A stretch of 64,000 nucleotides of DNA from Calditrichia bacterium (GTDB taxonomy: Bacteria; Calditrichota; Calditrichia; RBG-13-44-9; J075), in NCBI GenBank assembly GCA_028284905.1, contig JANQQU010000087.1, positions 1,015 to 65,014 on the forward strand. Reading direction: 5' to 3'. Positions 39,140 to 50,613 of the stretch are shown here, one piece after another. Position 1 is the stretch's first letter. Each line of letters begins with the position of its first letter. The translations under genes and the position numbers were made by a program. A model generated the notes under the pieces. The model was not told where the DNA came from. It made no database searches and worked only from the letters and a program-made list of their open reading frames with translations.

Positions 39140-40519
39140 ATGAAAACAATGCATTGCGTAAGATTGCTCCTTTTTCTGTTTTTTTCACTACAAACAACAA
39201 ATGCACAAAACCAGCCAAATGTGATCCTCTTTTTCGCGGATGATGCCGGATATGCCGATTTTGGCTTTCATGGCAGCAAGGAGATGAAAACACCCCAGTT
39301 AGATCAGCTTGCCACAGCAGGCGTCCGCTTTACGCAGGGGTATGTTTCCGATCCCACTTGTGGCCCCTCCAGAGCTGGATTGATCACAGGAAGATATCAG
39401 CAACGTTTCGGTTATGAAGAAAATAATGTGCCCGGTTTTATGAGTGAAAATTCGGCAGCAAAAGGCGATGATATGGGGCTCCCGCTAACCGAAGTGACCA
39501 TGGGCGACTACATGCAATCTTTGGGATATCAGACCGCTTTCTTCGGGAAATGGCATTTGGGAGGAGCGGATCGGTTTCATCCCACCAAAAGGGGATTTGA
39601 TGAATTCTACGGGTTTCGCGGTGGCGCGAGAAGTTATTTTGCATATCCAAATGAGCCAGCGAGACATCTCGATAAAATGGAGCGCAACTTCGGGAATTTT
39701 GCCGAGCATGACGGTTATTTAACGGATGTTCTGGCAGATGAAACCATATCCTTTATCGAGCGGAATAAAGAAAAGCCATTCTTTGCACTCGTTTCCTTCA
39801 ACGCGGTGCATACCCCCATGGATGCCCGGGAAGAAGATTTAAAAGAATTTCCAGAACTGACCGGGGACCGACAAATAGTGGCGGCGATGACCCTGGCAAT
39901 GGATCGCGCCTGTGGTAAAGTAATGGCAAAGCTGGCTGAACTGGGATTAGATAACAATACGATTGTCGTTTTTACCAATGATAATGGGGGGCCAAGTGAC
40001 AGAAATGCCTCAGTAAACCTTCCTTTAAGCGGTACAAAATCGAATCATCTGGAAGGCGGTATCCGGGTTCCTTTTATCATGCGCTGGCCGGGGACAATTC
40101 CCGAAAATACGGTTTATGATTACCCCATTAGCACGTTGGATTTGCTACCGACATTTTTTGCCGCCGGAGGTGGAGAAGTTGATTCCCTGCGCAATGTGGA
40201 CGGGGTCGATCTGATGCCTTACATCCTTGGAAAGAATGAAGCGCGCCCCCATCAGGTAATGTATTGGAAGAAGGAAAACCGTGGTGTTATTCGCGATGGG
40301 GACTGGAAGCTGCTTCGTTTTCCTGACCGGCCTGCCGAGTTGTATAATCTCGCCGAAGACATTAAAGAGCATAACAATCTGGCAGCGGAATACCCGGAAA
40401 AAGTGAAAAAGATGTTCAAACAGCTCTTTGAATGGGAATTAACGCTGGAACGCCCCCGCTGGCTGTTGAAAAGGGAATATGAGAAATTAGATATTGACCG
40501 AATGGACCAGTACAGATAA
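39140..40519 (+). CDS. S1 sulfatase (S1_19-like), exported
   Basis: [37 protein letters not shown]; signal peptide. Confidence 0.9.
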   Translation: MKTMHCVRLLLFLFFSLQTTNAQNQPNVILFFADDAGYADFGFHGSKEMKTPQLDQLATAGVRFTQGYVSDPTCGPSRAGLITGRYQQRFGYEENNVPGFMSENSAAKGDDMGLPLTEVTMGDYMQSLGYQTAFFGKWHLGGADRFHPTKRGFDEFYGFRGGARSYFAYPNEPARHLDKMERNFGNFAEHDGYLTDVLADETISFIERNKEKPFFALVSFNAVHTPMDAREEDLKEFPELTGDRQIVAAMTLAMDRACGKVMAKLAELGLDNNTIVVFTNDNGGPSDRNASVNLPLSGTKSNHLEGGIRVPFIMRWPGTIPENTVYDYPISTLDLLPTFFAAGGGEVDSLRNVDGVDLMPYILGKNEARPHQVMYWKKENRGVIRDGDWKLLRFPDRPAELYNLAEDIKEHNNLAAEYPEKVKKMFKQLFEWELTLERPRWLLKREYEKLDIDRMDQYR

Positions 40520-40562
40520 AAACTTGATCTATACAATAGAGAGCGAAGGGGTAATGGTTACC

Positions 40563-42014
40563 ATGAAAAAACAAATTCAATTTCTGCTAATTGGCGCATG
40601 CATCCTGTTTAGCACTCATTGCCTGGCGCAGAGCGAAAAACAATCGGGTAAACACCCATATTCCGACCCTTCCAATGCTGGTGGCTGGGTGCTAAATGAA
40701 GACCTCAGTGATGAATTCGAAGGCACGGCGCTGGATACTAATAAATGGTTTATTGAGGGATTAAATGGGGACTATTATATCTGGAAAGGCCGGGCGCCTG
40801 CGCAGTTTGCCCCGCATAATGCCATTGTGGAAGACGGAAAACTGAAACTGAGAACCCAATGGGAACCGGACTATCCTTTCGACCAGGAAGGCTACAAAGA
40901 AAGTGGCGCTGAGCCTTATGGTGTCTTCGAAGGGGAACCCTTGCCAGTCACTACAGCGGCTGTAATCACTAAAAAGCGATTTCTCTATGGTTATATGGAA
41001 GTTAAATCCAAATCCGGTAATGCAGCAATTACCGCGGCGTTTTGGACGATTGGCTACGAACAGGAACTGGATATTTTTGAACAGATGGGAAATCCCAAAA
41101 TCAAATTAGAGAATAACATTCAGGCAAATTCCACTCGCACCGGCGTGCACGACTGGAGCCCTCCGGCTGTCCGCCCGACAAAAGCATTTGGTTACGACGA
41201 TATGAATTTACCTTATCGCACCGCTGATGACTTTCACGTCTACGGCGCGGAATGGGGTGTGGATTACCTGAAGATTTATCGCGATGGCCAATTAACCTAT
41301 CACATCACGCAGGACGAATTGGGATTGGATTGGGTGCTTAATAATCCGATGGAAATATGGTTGGATTCGGAAGTTTTCAAATGGCTCGGCGTTCCCCACA
41401 AGGAAGAATTACCGGTAGATTTTGAAATTGAATACTTACGTGTCTGGCAAAAGCCCGACCCTAATCTTCTTGATCGCGCCTTTTATGGTTTTGAAGGGCC
41501 GATCTTATACGAGGAAAATCCCCGGCCATTAACATTATTACCGGAAAGTTCCGTGCCGGATAATTATCAAAAATTTTGGTTAATCGACAGCCTCTCCGCG
41601 AAATACTTCATCATCAATGAAGGAGATTATGCAACCGGCGTTAACAGTTTAGAATTTTCCGGCTTTGGGAAAAACGAAAAGCTGGAAACCGATAAAGTCG
41701 TGGCTTTATCACCCGAAGGTGCGGTAAATATTCCCGCGGGAGAGTACACCCTTTCTCTAAAAGTATTTAAAAAACAAGGTAGAGATGTTAAGAAAGTCTA
41801 TTTGTCTTTCGAAAATCCCAGACTGGAAATACCGATTGACCTCAGCGGATTGGAAAGAGACAAATGGATAACGATTGAGCATAAATTTACCAAACCGGCA
41901 GCCTCGAGTGCCAGTGACCAATTCAAGATCGAAGTCCGCAAAGAAGATGTTCCCCAAATAAAAGCAGCTAAATTTTTCATTGATGATATCGCAATTCATG
42001 CAAATGACAACTAG
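40563..42014 (+). CDS. GH16 galactan hydrolase with C-terminal CBM-like beta-sandwich
   Basis: SDEFEG, GRAPAQFAP, catalytic ELDIFE, FHVYGAEW, plus about 180 extra C-terminal residues. Confidence 0.8.
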   Translation: MKKQIQFLLIGACILFSTHCLAQSEKQSGKHPYSDPSNAGGWVLNEDLSDEFEGTALDTNKWFIEGLNGDYYIWKGRAPAQFAPHNAIVEDGKLKLRTQWEPDYPFDQEGYKESGAEPYGVFEGEPLPVTTAAVITKKRFLYGYMEVKSKSGNAAITAAFWTIGYEQELDIFEQMGNPKIKLENNIQANSTRTGVHDWSPPAVRPTKAFGYDDMNLPYRTADDFHVYGAEWGVDYLKIYRDGQLTYHITQDELGLDWVLNNPMEIWLDSEVFKWLGVPHKEELPVDFEIEYLRVWQKPDPNLLDRAFYGFEGPILYEENPRPLTLLPESSVPDNYQKFWLIDSLSAKYFIINEGDYATGVNSLEFSGFGKNEKLETDKVVALSPEGAVNIPAGEYTLSLKVFKKQGRDVKKVYLSFENPRLEIPIDLSGLERDKWITIEHKFTKPAASSASDQFKIEVRKEDVPQIKAAKFFIDDIAIHANDN

Positions 42015-42088
42015 GACTCACAAGGCTTTAGCATTTCGAAGCGCTTTTTAGCCGAGATATCATTGCCCTATTTAAGGACACCATTATT

Positions 42089-43702
42089 ATGAACAGATAC
42101 GACAAAAATGCTGCCATATATGCAACAATCGTGGCGATGGGCGGCTTTCTCTTCGGCCTCGATGCCGCATTGATTGCCGGGACAGTCGACTTCATTACAA
42201 AGGAGTTTTCTTTAACTGCATTGCAAATCGGCGATGTTGTCAGTGCACCGGCATTAGGGGTGTTGATTGCCCTACCATTTGCCGGTTATATCACCAATCG
42301 GTTTGGACGAAAACGGACGATTCAACTGATAGCTGTTCTATATTTAATTTCCGCGGTTACTTCTGCCCTGGCCCCCAGTTACGGAACGCTGGTTGCGGCA
42401 CGTTTTCTTGGCGGACTCGCTTTCACGTCTATTGCACTGGCCTCGATGTATATCGGGGAAATTGCCCCGGTGAAATGGCGCGGTAAGCTGGTTTCGATGA
42501 CCCAGATCAATATTGTCATCGGCCTTTCTGGCGCCTACTTCATCAATTATCTCATTCACCATTGGTCTGGCACAGGTGCCGGTTGGGTGCAGTCGCTGGG
42601 AATCGATCAATACACCTGGCGTTGGATGCTCGGTTCGGAAATTCTCCCGGCGATTATTTGGCTTGGCCTGCTGTCGATTATCCCGGAAAGCCCTTCCTGG
42701 CTGACCAACTGCGGTCGCATCGAAGAAGCGAAGACCAACTTAAAGAAAGTCATGCCGGAAAATGAGATTGATAAACACATTGCGGAAATGCAGGAAAGCA
42801 TTCGGCTCAGCACCGAGGATCGTTCTGTTTTGGCCCAAATGAAGGAAATTTTCAGCAAGCCGATGCGACTGACAATGATCATCGCCTTAACGATCGCTAT
42901 TGCCCAACAGGCCACCGGTATCAACGCTATTTTATTCTATGCCCAGACGGTTTTTAAGCAATTGGGAATTGGAACGGATGCCGCCTTCGCGCAAGCTATC
43001 TGGATCGGTATAACGAGTATCGTGTTTACAGTTTTAGGCTTATTACTGGTCGACAGGCTGGGACGCAGACCGCTAATCATCTGGGGAATGGTGTGGATTA
43101 TCGCCAGCCTTGGCTTGTGTTCTTACGTCTTTAACGAAGCACGCTATGTCCTTCCTGAATCGGCGATAGTTCAGATGACCGACATTCCGGATGCAGATCG
43201 CTTGCAGTCACTGGTTGATGTTGAGTATGAAAGCGATATTGCTTTTAAGAATGCAGTTCGGGGAGCATTGGGCGAGGCGGAAGCGCAAGAACATCAAAGT
43301 CTGTTGCTGGAAAAGTCGATCCAAATGAATGCGACGCTTGTACTGCTCGGTATTCTTAGCTTTATCGGAGCTTTCCACTTTTCAGTGGGACCGGTAATGT
43401 GGGTGTTGTTTTCGGAAATCTTTCCAATATCGGTGCGTGCGATCGCCATCCCCTTCTTTACCATTATTACCAGTCTTACAAATTATATCGTCCAAAAATT
43501 CTTCCCCTGGCAGTTAGAGAATATGGGGATGAGTACAATTTTCCTCTTTTATGCAGCAACGGTTGCCGTTGGCCTGGTCATCTTGTTTTTCACCCTTAAG
43601 GAAACGAAAAACATGAGTATCGAGGAGATCCAATTGGCGCTGACCGGCAAAGCACAAAAAGGAGAAACAACAGCGGAAGTAAGTCCAAACACAGGGATGT
43701 AA
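42089..43702 (+). CDS. MFS sugar porter
   Basis: GGFLFGLD, RFGRK, MYIGEIAP, PESP, QQATGINAILFYA, DRLGRRP, KETK motifs. Confidence 0.92.
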   Translation: MNRYDKNAAIYATIVAMGGFLFGLDAALIAGTVDFITKEFSLTALQIGDVVSAPALGVLIALPFAGYITNRFGRKRTIQLIAVLYLISAVTSALAPSYGTLVAARFLGGLAFTSIALASMYIGEIAPVKWRGKLVSMTQINIVIGLSGAYFINYLIHHWSGTGAGWVQSLGIDQYTWRWMLGSEILPAIIWLGLLSIIPESPSWLTNCGRIEEAKTNLKKVMPENEIDKHIAEMQESIRLSTEDRSVLAQMKEIFSKPMRLTMIIALTIAIAQQATGINAILFYAQTVFKQLGIGTDAAFAQAIWIGITSIVFTVLGLLLVDRLGRRPLIIWGMVWIIASLGLCSYVFNEARYVLPESAIVQMTDIPDADRLQSLVDVEYESDIAFKNAVRGALGEAEAQEHQSLLLEKSIQMNATLVLLGILSFIGAFHFSVGPVMWVLFSEIFPISVRAIAIPFFTIITSLTNYIVQKFFPWQLENMGMSTIFLFYAATVAVGLVILFFTLKETKNMSIEEIQLALTGKAQKGETTAEVSPNTGM

Positions 43703-43747
43703 AAATTGCTGACATAGCTAGCGCTTAAATAAAAGGTAGTTGAAGAA

Positions 43748-45736
43748 ATGACAGACGCATATCTGCACAAAAAAGCAATTATTAACAATTCGGAAAGTCC
43801 GCATGTAAAATTGAAAAGCATCAACATTGGTGATTGCCGCTGGACGGACGGTTTTTGGGCGAAGAAGTTTAGAAGCTGTGAAGAGGCAATGGTGCCATAT
43901 ATGGGCGAGGTATTATGCGGAGACGTTGGCCATGCTTTGAACAACTTCAAAATTGCTGCTGGCGAAAAAGAAGGCGAACATCAGGGGATGTTTTGGCATG
44001 ATGGCGATTTTTACAAGTTTATGGAAGCGAAAACCTATGTTTACGCCCAAACTGAAAATAAACAATTGCTGGAAGAGCTGGATGAGTACATCAGAATCAT
44101 TGCCAAAGCGCAGGAGGCAGACGGCTATCTGCAAACCCAGATAAAACTTCGGCAAGGCGTCGATCGATATGAGAATCGCAAGTACCACGAAATGTATAAC
44201 ACCGGTCACCTCCTCATCAGCGCCTGCATCCATCACCGCGTTACCGGGCAACGAAACTTTCTCGATATCGCGATAAAGCAAGCGGATTTGCTATACACGA
44301 TTTTTATGCCGGAAACCAAGCATTATGGCCGTTTCGGTTTTAACCAGACGCAGATCATGGGATTGGTTGAATTATATCGCACTACCAGAGATAAAAAGTA
44401 TCTCGATTTGGCAGAACGATTCATCAACAACCGCGGCAAGTATACGGTTGAGCATCATTCCACCACCGAAGGCTATCCCATTGGAGATATGGTTCAGGAA
44501 CGCACCCCGCTCCGCGAATCGAATGAAGCGGTTGGGCATGCAGTGCTTGCCTTGTACTACTATGCCGGCGCTGCCGATGTTTATGCCGAAACCGGCGAAC
44601 AAGCACTGATTGATGCCCTTGACAAACTTTGGGAAAATGTAACCAATAAAAAGATGTTTGTTACCGGCGCGGTTGGTCAGGCGCACTACGGCGCTTCCAC
44701 CAATCGGGATATGATTGAAGAGGGATTTATCGATGAATACATGATGCCCAATATGACCTCCTATAACGAGACTTGTGCGAATCTTTGCAACGCAATGTTT
44801 AGTTACCGGATGCTCGGTTTACATGGGCAGGCAAAGTATGCAGACATCATCGAGTTGGTGTTATTCAACAGCGGCCTTTCCGGTATCAGCATTGAAGGGA
44901 AAGATTATTTTTATGCCAATCCCCTGCGCATGATCCACAATACCCGGGACTATCACGCCCATGAAAATGTTACCGAAACACCGGACCGCGAGTCCTACCT
45001 TCACTGTTTCTGCTGCCCGCCGAATTTGGTGCGTACCATTGCGAAGGTATCCAGCTGGGCGTACAGCTTGTCGGAGAATGGGGTTGCGGTGAATCTGTTT
45101 GGCAGCAACCAGTTAAACACCCGCCTGTTAGACGGCTCAGCGCTAAAACTCACTCAGCAGACAGAATATCCCTGGGATGGCCGGGTAAAAATCACCATTC
45201 AAGAATGCAAGGAAGCACCATTTGAGGTTTTACTACGAATCCCCGGTTGGGCGGAAGGCGCGAAAGTTCTAGTGAATGGCCATGATGCCGGCATCGACGT
45301 TGCTTCCGGCAAATTTGCCAGAATCGAACGTCAATGGAGAAAAGATGATGTTATTACCCTGGATATGCCAATGGAGATCCATCTGGTAGAAGGGCACCCC
45401 CGCATTGAAGAAGTTCGTAACCAGGTAGCAATTAAACGCGGACCAGTGGTGTATTGTATTGAATCGCCGGACTTACCAGCGGATACGAAAATTCTGGATG
45501 TTTACATTTCCGGGAATACTGAATTGAAGGCAGAACATCGCCCGGAATTTTTGGGGGGGATTACCGTTCTCAAAGGAGATGTATTCCTGCGTCTCGATGA
45601 AGGTGAGGGGATTTATCGAACAGTGAAAAAGCCGAGCTGGAAGTCTCATGAGACTATCTTTGTCCCCTACTACGCATGGAGTAACAGAGGTACGGCAGAA
45701 ATGACCGTATTCATGCCTGTTATCTGGAAAGAGTAA
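43748..45736 (+). CDS. GH127 glycosidase, alpha-3,6-anhydro-D-galactosidase candidate
   Basis: HEMYNTGHL, GHAV, NETCAN, CFCCPPN, FVPYYAWSNRG motifs; GH127 enzymes fill this role in the Zobellia carrageenan pathway. Confidence 0.82.
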   Translation: MTDAYLHKKAIINNSESPHVKLKSINIGDCRWTDGFWAKKFRSCEEAMVPYMGEVLCGDVGHALNNFKIAAGEKEGEHQGMFWHDGDFYKFMEAKTYVYAQTENKQLLEELDEYIRIIAKAQEADGYLQTQIKLRQGVDRYENRKYHEMYNTGHLLISACIHHRVTGQRNFLDIAIKQADLLYTIFMPETKHYGRFGFNQTQIMGLVELYRTTRDKKYLDLAERFINNRGKYTVEHHSTTEGYPIGDMVQERTPLRESNEAVGHAVLALYYYAGAADVYAETGEQALIDALDKLWENVTNKKMFVTGAVGQAHYGASTNRDMIEEGFIDEYMMPNMTSYNETCANLCNAMFSYRMLGLHGQAKYADIIELVLFNSGLSGISIEGKDYFYANPLRMIHNTRDYHAHENVTETPDRESYLHCFCCPPNLVRTIAKVSSWAYSLSENGVAVNLFGSNQLNTRLLDGSALKLTQQTEYPWDGRVKITIQECKEAPFEVLLRIPGWAEGAKVLVNGHDAGIDVASGKFARIERQWRKDDVITLDMPMEIHLVEGHPRIEEVRNQVAIKRGPVVYCIESPDLPADTKILDVYISGNTELKAEHRPEFLGGITVLKGDVFLRLDEGEGIYRTVKKPSWKSHETIFVPYYAWSNRGTAEMTVFMPVIWKE

Positions 45737-45763
45737 TAACAAACTTAATTTGCGCGAGAAGTC

Positions 45764-47431
45764 ATGAATAATTTACTGAGCAGTTGCAGAACTTTAAGCA
45801 TTTTGTTCTTATTGATATTTGTCTGCGGATGCAAATCCGCCGAAGAACCACAACAAAAACCCAATATCCTCTTCATTGCGATTGATGACCTCCGTCCTGA
45901 ACTGGGTTGCTATGGCTCCGAGGTCGCAGTAACGCCCAATCTTGACAAATTCGCCAGTGAGGGTTTGCTTTTTAACAGAGCTTACGCTCAACAAGCCATT
46001 TGCAGCCCCTCCCGGGCCAGTCTTATGACCGGCGCCCGGCCTGAGACCATCAATATCATCGAAAATTATACCTATTTCCGGGATCTTCATCCGGATATCA
46101 TCACACTCCCGCAGCACTTCCGGGCAAACGGCTACGAAACCGTTCACAGCGGAAAAATTTATCATAAACCAGCCTTCGCAGACCTCGAAAAATCCTGGAG
46201 CCGGACGCCAGCAACACTTGATATTCCCGAGCCCAGATATCCCGGAGCTTATGCTTTGAAAGAGAATCAGGAAATTTTCAAAGAAAATCAGGCGACTATC
46301 CGCAAGAAGTATGGAGAAGGCGCTACTTCTCATCATGCGTTGGGGAGAGGGCCGGCTTATGAAAAAGCAGATGTGCCCGATCATGCCTACATCGATGGTT
46401 TTCATACCGAAGAAGCTATTGCAACGATGAAAGAGATGGCTAACCAAGGAGACAAACCATTTTTTCTCGGGCTGGGATTCAGATTGCCTCATCTCGATTG
46501 GAATGCGCCGAAAAAATATTGGGATTTATATGATCCGGAAAAAATACCAATGGCGGCGCAAACCGAGCGGCCGAAAAATGGGGCTGCAATGGGGCTGCAT
46601 GCCTCATTCGAGCTACGGGTAAGGCATGGCATCCCAAAAAGTGGGCCTATCGAGGGAGAATTGGCAAGAACGCTAAAACACGGCTATCTCGCCAGCGTCA
46701 GTTATGTAGATGCCCTCTTTGGAAAAATGCTAACAGCTTTGGAAGCAGCTGGCGTACGGGATAATACCATTATCATCGTCTGGAGCGATCACGGCTGGCA
46801 TTTGGGAGATATGGGTATTTGGGGGAAAGCAACCAATTATGAAATTGCTACTCGCGTCCCCATGATGATTTGGACACCGGACATGCCCGGAGAAAACCGC
46901 GGGAAAAAAACCGATGCTTTAGTTGAATTAATCGACATGTATCCAACCTTATGCGAACTGGCCGGTATTGAATTGCCCGCACATCTGGAAGGCCAAAGTT
47001 TTGCTCCGCTTTTGGAAGTGCCGGATAGGGAGTGGAAAAAAGCAGCGTTCAGCTTATATCCAAATCCTGCTCTTCGGGAATGGGCGGCGAATCCCCTGAC
47101 TGCGAGCATGCGGGAAACTTATTTTGGTCCGTTAATCGAAGCAGTGGAATCACGTATTATCACGCAACAAAAGGAAAAATGGGATCGCGACTTATTCGAA
47201 AACGATCTGATGGGCTACACAATGCGAACCGATAAATACCGCCTGGTAGTTTGGAAAGATCACACAAATCCGGATAGTCAGCCCATTTTTCTGGAGCTTT
47301 ACGACCATCAGACTGATCCTGCAGAAACTATAAATATTGCTCAGGATGAGCCGAAATTGATCAAGAAACTATTGGCGCAATTCAATGCAGGATGGAAAGG
47401 GAGCCTCGCTGCAATGGAGCGAGTAAATTAG
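45764..47431 (+). CDS. S1 sulfatase (S1_7/iduronate-sulfatase-like) lipoprotein
   Basis: IAIDDLRP, ICSPSRASLMTG, GKIYH, RLPHL, SDHGWHLG; lipobox-like VCGC. Confidence 0.88.
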   Translation: MNNLLSSCRTLSILFLLIFVCGCKSAEEPQQKPNILFIAIDDLRPELGCYGSEVAVTPNLDKFASEGLLFNRAYAQQAICSPSRASLMTGARPETINIIENYTYFRDLHPDIITLPQHFRANGYETVHSGKIYHKPAFADLEKSWSRTPATLDIPEPRYPGAYALKENQEIFKENQATIRKKYGEGATSHHALGRGPAYEKADVPDHAYIDGFHTEEAIATMKEMANQGDKPFFLGLGFRLPHLDWNAPKKYWDLYDPEKIPMAAQTERPKNGAAMGLHASFELRVRHGIPKSGPIEGELARTLKHGYLASVSYVDALFGKMLTALEAAGVRDNTIIIVWSDHGWHLGDMGIWGKATNYEIATRVPMMIWTPDMPGENRGKKTDALVELIDMYPTLCELAGIELPAHLEGQSFAPLLEVPDREWKKAAFSLYPNPALREWAANPLTASMRETYFGPLIEAVESRIITQQKEKWDRDLFENDLMGYTMRTDKYRLVVWKDHTNPDSQPIFLELYDHQTDPAETINIAQDEPKLIKKLLAQFNAGWKGSLAAMERVN

Positions 47432-47435
47432 AAAA

Positions 47436-49337
47436 ATGATATCCCTGAATTACATCAGAATAACTCTATTCCTGATTGCTTGCTGGATGTTTTTCCTGAG
47501 CGTCGGTAAGCACACTTTCGCAGAAGAATCAAAGCAAACAATTCTGCGACCTTCTTTCGTAGAGGCACATGCGGATTTTCCGCGAGTAGAAAAAAATCTC
47601 AGAAAATGGGATGCCCCTGTGATAGCGGATCTGGATCAGGATGGCTTTTTGGATCTCCTCCTAAACGAGCATGGATTTAGCGTAAGCGTATGCTGGAATA
47701 ACCAAGGTCGTTTTGCCAAACCTTATGATTTGATTATGGGCGATATGCATGGCATTTCGGTTGGAGATTTTGACCGGGATGGCAATCTGGAGATCGTCAT
47801 TTCCCGCGGCGGCGGCTCGGGCAGTAATGCCCGAAACTCTAAGATTCTGCGGGTTGACCGACAGCGTAATTTTACCGATCTGCCCGATTTTAATCCCCCT
47901 TTAGAGTTGATGCGGGGACGCACGGTTAAATTTTATGATGGTGATAATGATGGCGATTTAGACCTCCTGAACTTCGCTTTTCCAGATCGCGAGAAGAAAG
48001 GAAAAAGTGAAAACTATATCTATGAGAACGATGGTAAAGATCAACTAGTGCTTGCCTCCCTGCTGCCACCGGTTAAATCCGATGGTCAGAAAACCTTAAT
48101 CACGGATTTTAATGGGGATGCTATTGTCGATTTGTTGCTATACGGGCATGGCAGCGTAAAAGCATACCAGGGACAAGGTGATCTGACCTATACAGATATG
48201 ACAGATGCAGTATTTCCTTATGACATTAAGGATGTAACTTGCATCGTTGAATTTGACTACGATAATGACGGCGATTTTGATTTGTTTTTTACCCGTGGAA
48301 AAGGATTTGAAATTGGTGAGACCTTTTTCGACAAAGAAAGAAAAATTTGGGGATTTTTCACCAGCCGTGGTGAATTCAAGTTTGAAGATTTGGAAACCGG
48401 TGATGTTTTAAATATTGAGAACTTTCAATCGCAGTGGCCCTATAATGATGCTTATTACATTGGTGAGTCTGCTTATATTTATGAATTTCCCGGTGAAACA
48501 CATTCCGGAAAAGACATTCGCTTAGTTAACAGCAATGCATTGGGTTTCCCGGATAAATTAAATGAAGACGGTGGCTTTCATATTGGATATATCGGCAACC
48601 GAAAATGGCGGATTGCCGGAAATATTAGGTCCCCTGCGACTGGTGTTATCCGTGGCGTCGCTGCTTATTCTGACTACAATCATCCCAAAGGGTTAAATGA
48701 TATTTTGCTGGAAAACAAGGATGGCAAGTTTGTTGATGCCACCGAAAAAAAGAACCTCTACCGCGAAGAGCACACTACCGGAGTGGCAGTCGCAGATCTG
48801 GATAACAATGGATTGCAGGATTTGTTGATTGCTCGCCGCGGCAATTTAATTCACGAAAACGAAGCGCTTATTTACCTGAATCAAGGTGCAGCCGGATTCA
48901 AGCAGTTAAAACATCACCAAATTATTTCACCCGAACTGGGTGCAATAGGGTTGGGATTGGAAACTTTCGCTTATAACCATGATGGCAAAGTCGATGTGGT
49001 AATTGGCAATGAGCGTGGGAAATGGCATTTATTCAAAAATACGATGCCGGCAGCTGAAAACGTTAATTTTATTGTTGTGGAGGTGGGTAATTCGGCATCA
49101 GGAAAAGCGACCGCGCTGGGGGCATTGGTAGAAGTTAACGGTTGCGGTACGAAGCAAATCAAGCGGGTCGGGTCAAGCGGCGCGGCTTATTCTCGCAGTT
49201 TTAATCATTTTATTCATTTTGGCTTAGGCGCATGTGATGGTCCTGTTAAAGTAACGGTCACCTGGACAAACGGCGAAGCATTGACGCATAGAATCGCCTC
49301 CCTAAATAGCAAGGTGTTTGTTGGTGCCAAAAATTGA
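47436..49337 (+). CDS. FG-GAP repeat/ASPIC-UnbV (CRTAC1-like) secreted protein
   Basis: Six or more DxDxDG-type repeats; C-terminal ALGALVEV...HFGLG. Confidence 0.82.
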   Translation: MISLNYIRITLFLIACWMFFLSVGKHTFAEESKQTILRPSFVEAHADFPRVEKNLRKWDAPVIADLDQDGFLDLLLNEHGFSVSVCWNNQGRFAKPYDLIMGDMHGISVGDFDRDGNLEIVISRGGGSGSNARNSKILRVDRQRNFTDLPDFNPPLELMRGRTVKFYDGDNDGDLDLLNFAFPDREKKGKSENYIYENDGKDQLVLASLLPPVKSDGQKTLITDFNGDAIVDLLLYGHGSVKAYQGQGDLTYTDMTDAVFPYDIKDVTCIVEFDYDNDGDFDLFFTRGKGFEIGETFFDKERKIWGFFTSRGEFKFEDLETGDVLNIENFQSQWPYNDAYYIGESAYIYEFPGETHSGKDIRLVNSNALGFPDKLNEDGGFHIGYIGNRKWRIAGNIRSPATGVIRGVAAYSDYNHPKGLNDILLENKDGKFVDATEKKNLYREEHTTGVAVADLDNNGLQDLLIARRGNLIHENEALIYLNQGAAGFKQLKHHQIISPELGAIGLGLETFAYNHDGKVDVVIGNERGKWHLFKNTMPAAENVNFIVVEVGNSASGKATALGALVEVNGCGTKQIKRVGSSGAAYSRSFNHFIHFGLGACDGPVKVTVTWTNGEALTHRIASLNSKVFVGAKN

Positions 49338-49371
49338 TCACCGCTTTTATTGAATTTAAATGCATTATCAA

Positions 49372-49463
49372 TGTCATTGCGAGGTAGTTTTATGCCGAAG
49401 CAATCTCCTGGAGTAGTCTTCATGGCAAGAGATCGCGTCGTCGCTGCACTCCTCGCGATGACA
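49372..49463. repeat. REP-like palindromic element (gtcattgcgag type)
   Basis: tgtcattgcgag ... gaagcaatctc ... gagatcgcgtc ... ctcgcgatgaca nested inverted repeats. Confidence 0.65.
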
Positions 49464-49530
49464 ACAAGTAAAGTAGGACAATGCACAATCTGTTCATAAA
49501 ATTGATATTATATAGTTAAATGGTAAAAAA

Positions 49531-50568
49531 ATGACACAATCAAAAAATGAAAATCCACATCGCCGATATAACCCTTTAACTGGCGAATGGGTGCTGGTTT
49601 CCCCCCATCGCACCAAACGCCCCTGGCAGGGGAAAGTGGAAACACCGCAACAAGAAGTTCGGCCGGAACATGATCCAAACTGCTACCTGTGTCCGGGAAA
49701 TATGCGCGCCGGGGGACATCAAAATCCCAATTACAAGAACACTTTCGTTTTCACCAATGATTTTGCTGCTTTACTGCCTGGCGTTTCAGATCCTGAAAAT
49801 GAATCCCACTCGTTGATGCAAATGCAGGCCGTAAGCGGCACTTGCCGGGTAATTTGTTTTTCACCCCGCCACGATTTGAGTCTGGCAGAAATGCAGGTAG
49901 AGAACATCCGGAAAGTGGTTGATTTGTGGAGCGAGCAGGTTGAAGATCTCGGGCGAGAATATCGTTGGGTGCAGGTTTTCGAAAACAAAGGGGAAATTAT
50001 GGGCTGCTCTAACCCCCATCCCCACGGGCAAATATGGGCGAGTGATCAAATCCCCAATGAACCGTTTAAAGAGAATCGTGAACAAGCGCTTTATTATCAA
50101 AAGCACGGCTCCATTTTGCTTTTGGATTATTTAGCAGAAGAAATATCCAAACAGGAACGCATTATTGTTGAAAACGAACACTGGGTTGTGCTTGTGCCTT
50201 ATTGGGCAGTGTGGCCTTTCGAAACATTGTTGCTACCGAAAAGGCATGTGCGCCGTCTGCCGGATTTATCGAATATTGAACGAGATGCGCTGGCGGATAT
50301 TCTAAAGCGCCATTTAACCCGCTATGACAATTTATTCGAAATCTCATTCCCATATAGCATGGGCTGGCACGGCGCGCCAACCGATGAGCAGGATAATCAA
50401 CATTGGCAATTGCACGCCCACTTTTATCCGCCCCTGCTTCGTTCGGCAACTGTGAAAAAATTCATTGTGGGATACGAATTGCTCTCCGAAGTTCAACGGG
50501 ATATTACACCGGAGCAGGCTGCAAAGCGATTACGCGATTTATCTGAAATTCATTATAAAGGAAGTTGA
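49531..50568 (+). CDS. galT: Galactose-1-phosphate uridylyltransferase
   Basis: [40 protein letters not shown]. Confidence 0.96.
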   Translation: MTQSKNENPHRRYNPLTGEWVLVSPHRTKRPWQGKVETPQQEVRPEHDPNCYLCPGNMRAGGHQNPNYKNTFVFTNDFAALLPGVSDPENESHSLMQMQAVSGTCRVICFSPRHDLSLAEMQVENIRKVVDLWSEQVEDLGREYRWVQVFENKGEIMGCSNPHPHGQIWASDQIPNEPFKENREQALYYQKHGSILLLDYLAEEISKQERIIVENEHWVVLVPYWAVWPFETLLLPKRHVRRLPDLSNIERDALADILKRHLTRYDNLFEISFPYSMGWHGAPTDEQDNQHWQLHAHFYPPLLRSATVKKFIVGYELLSEVQRDITPEQAAKRLRDLSEIHYKGS

Positions 50569-50613
50569 TGTATCAAACGGCTACAAAGGTAAAAAATAAC
50601 AGAGCATGATATT

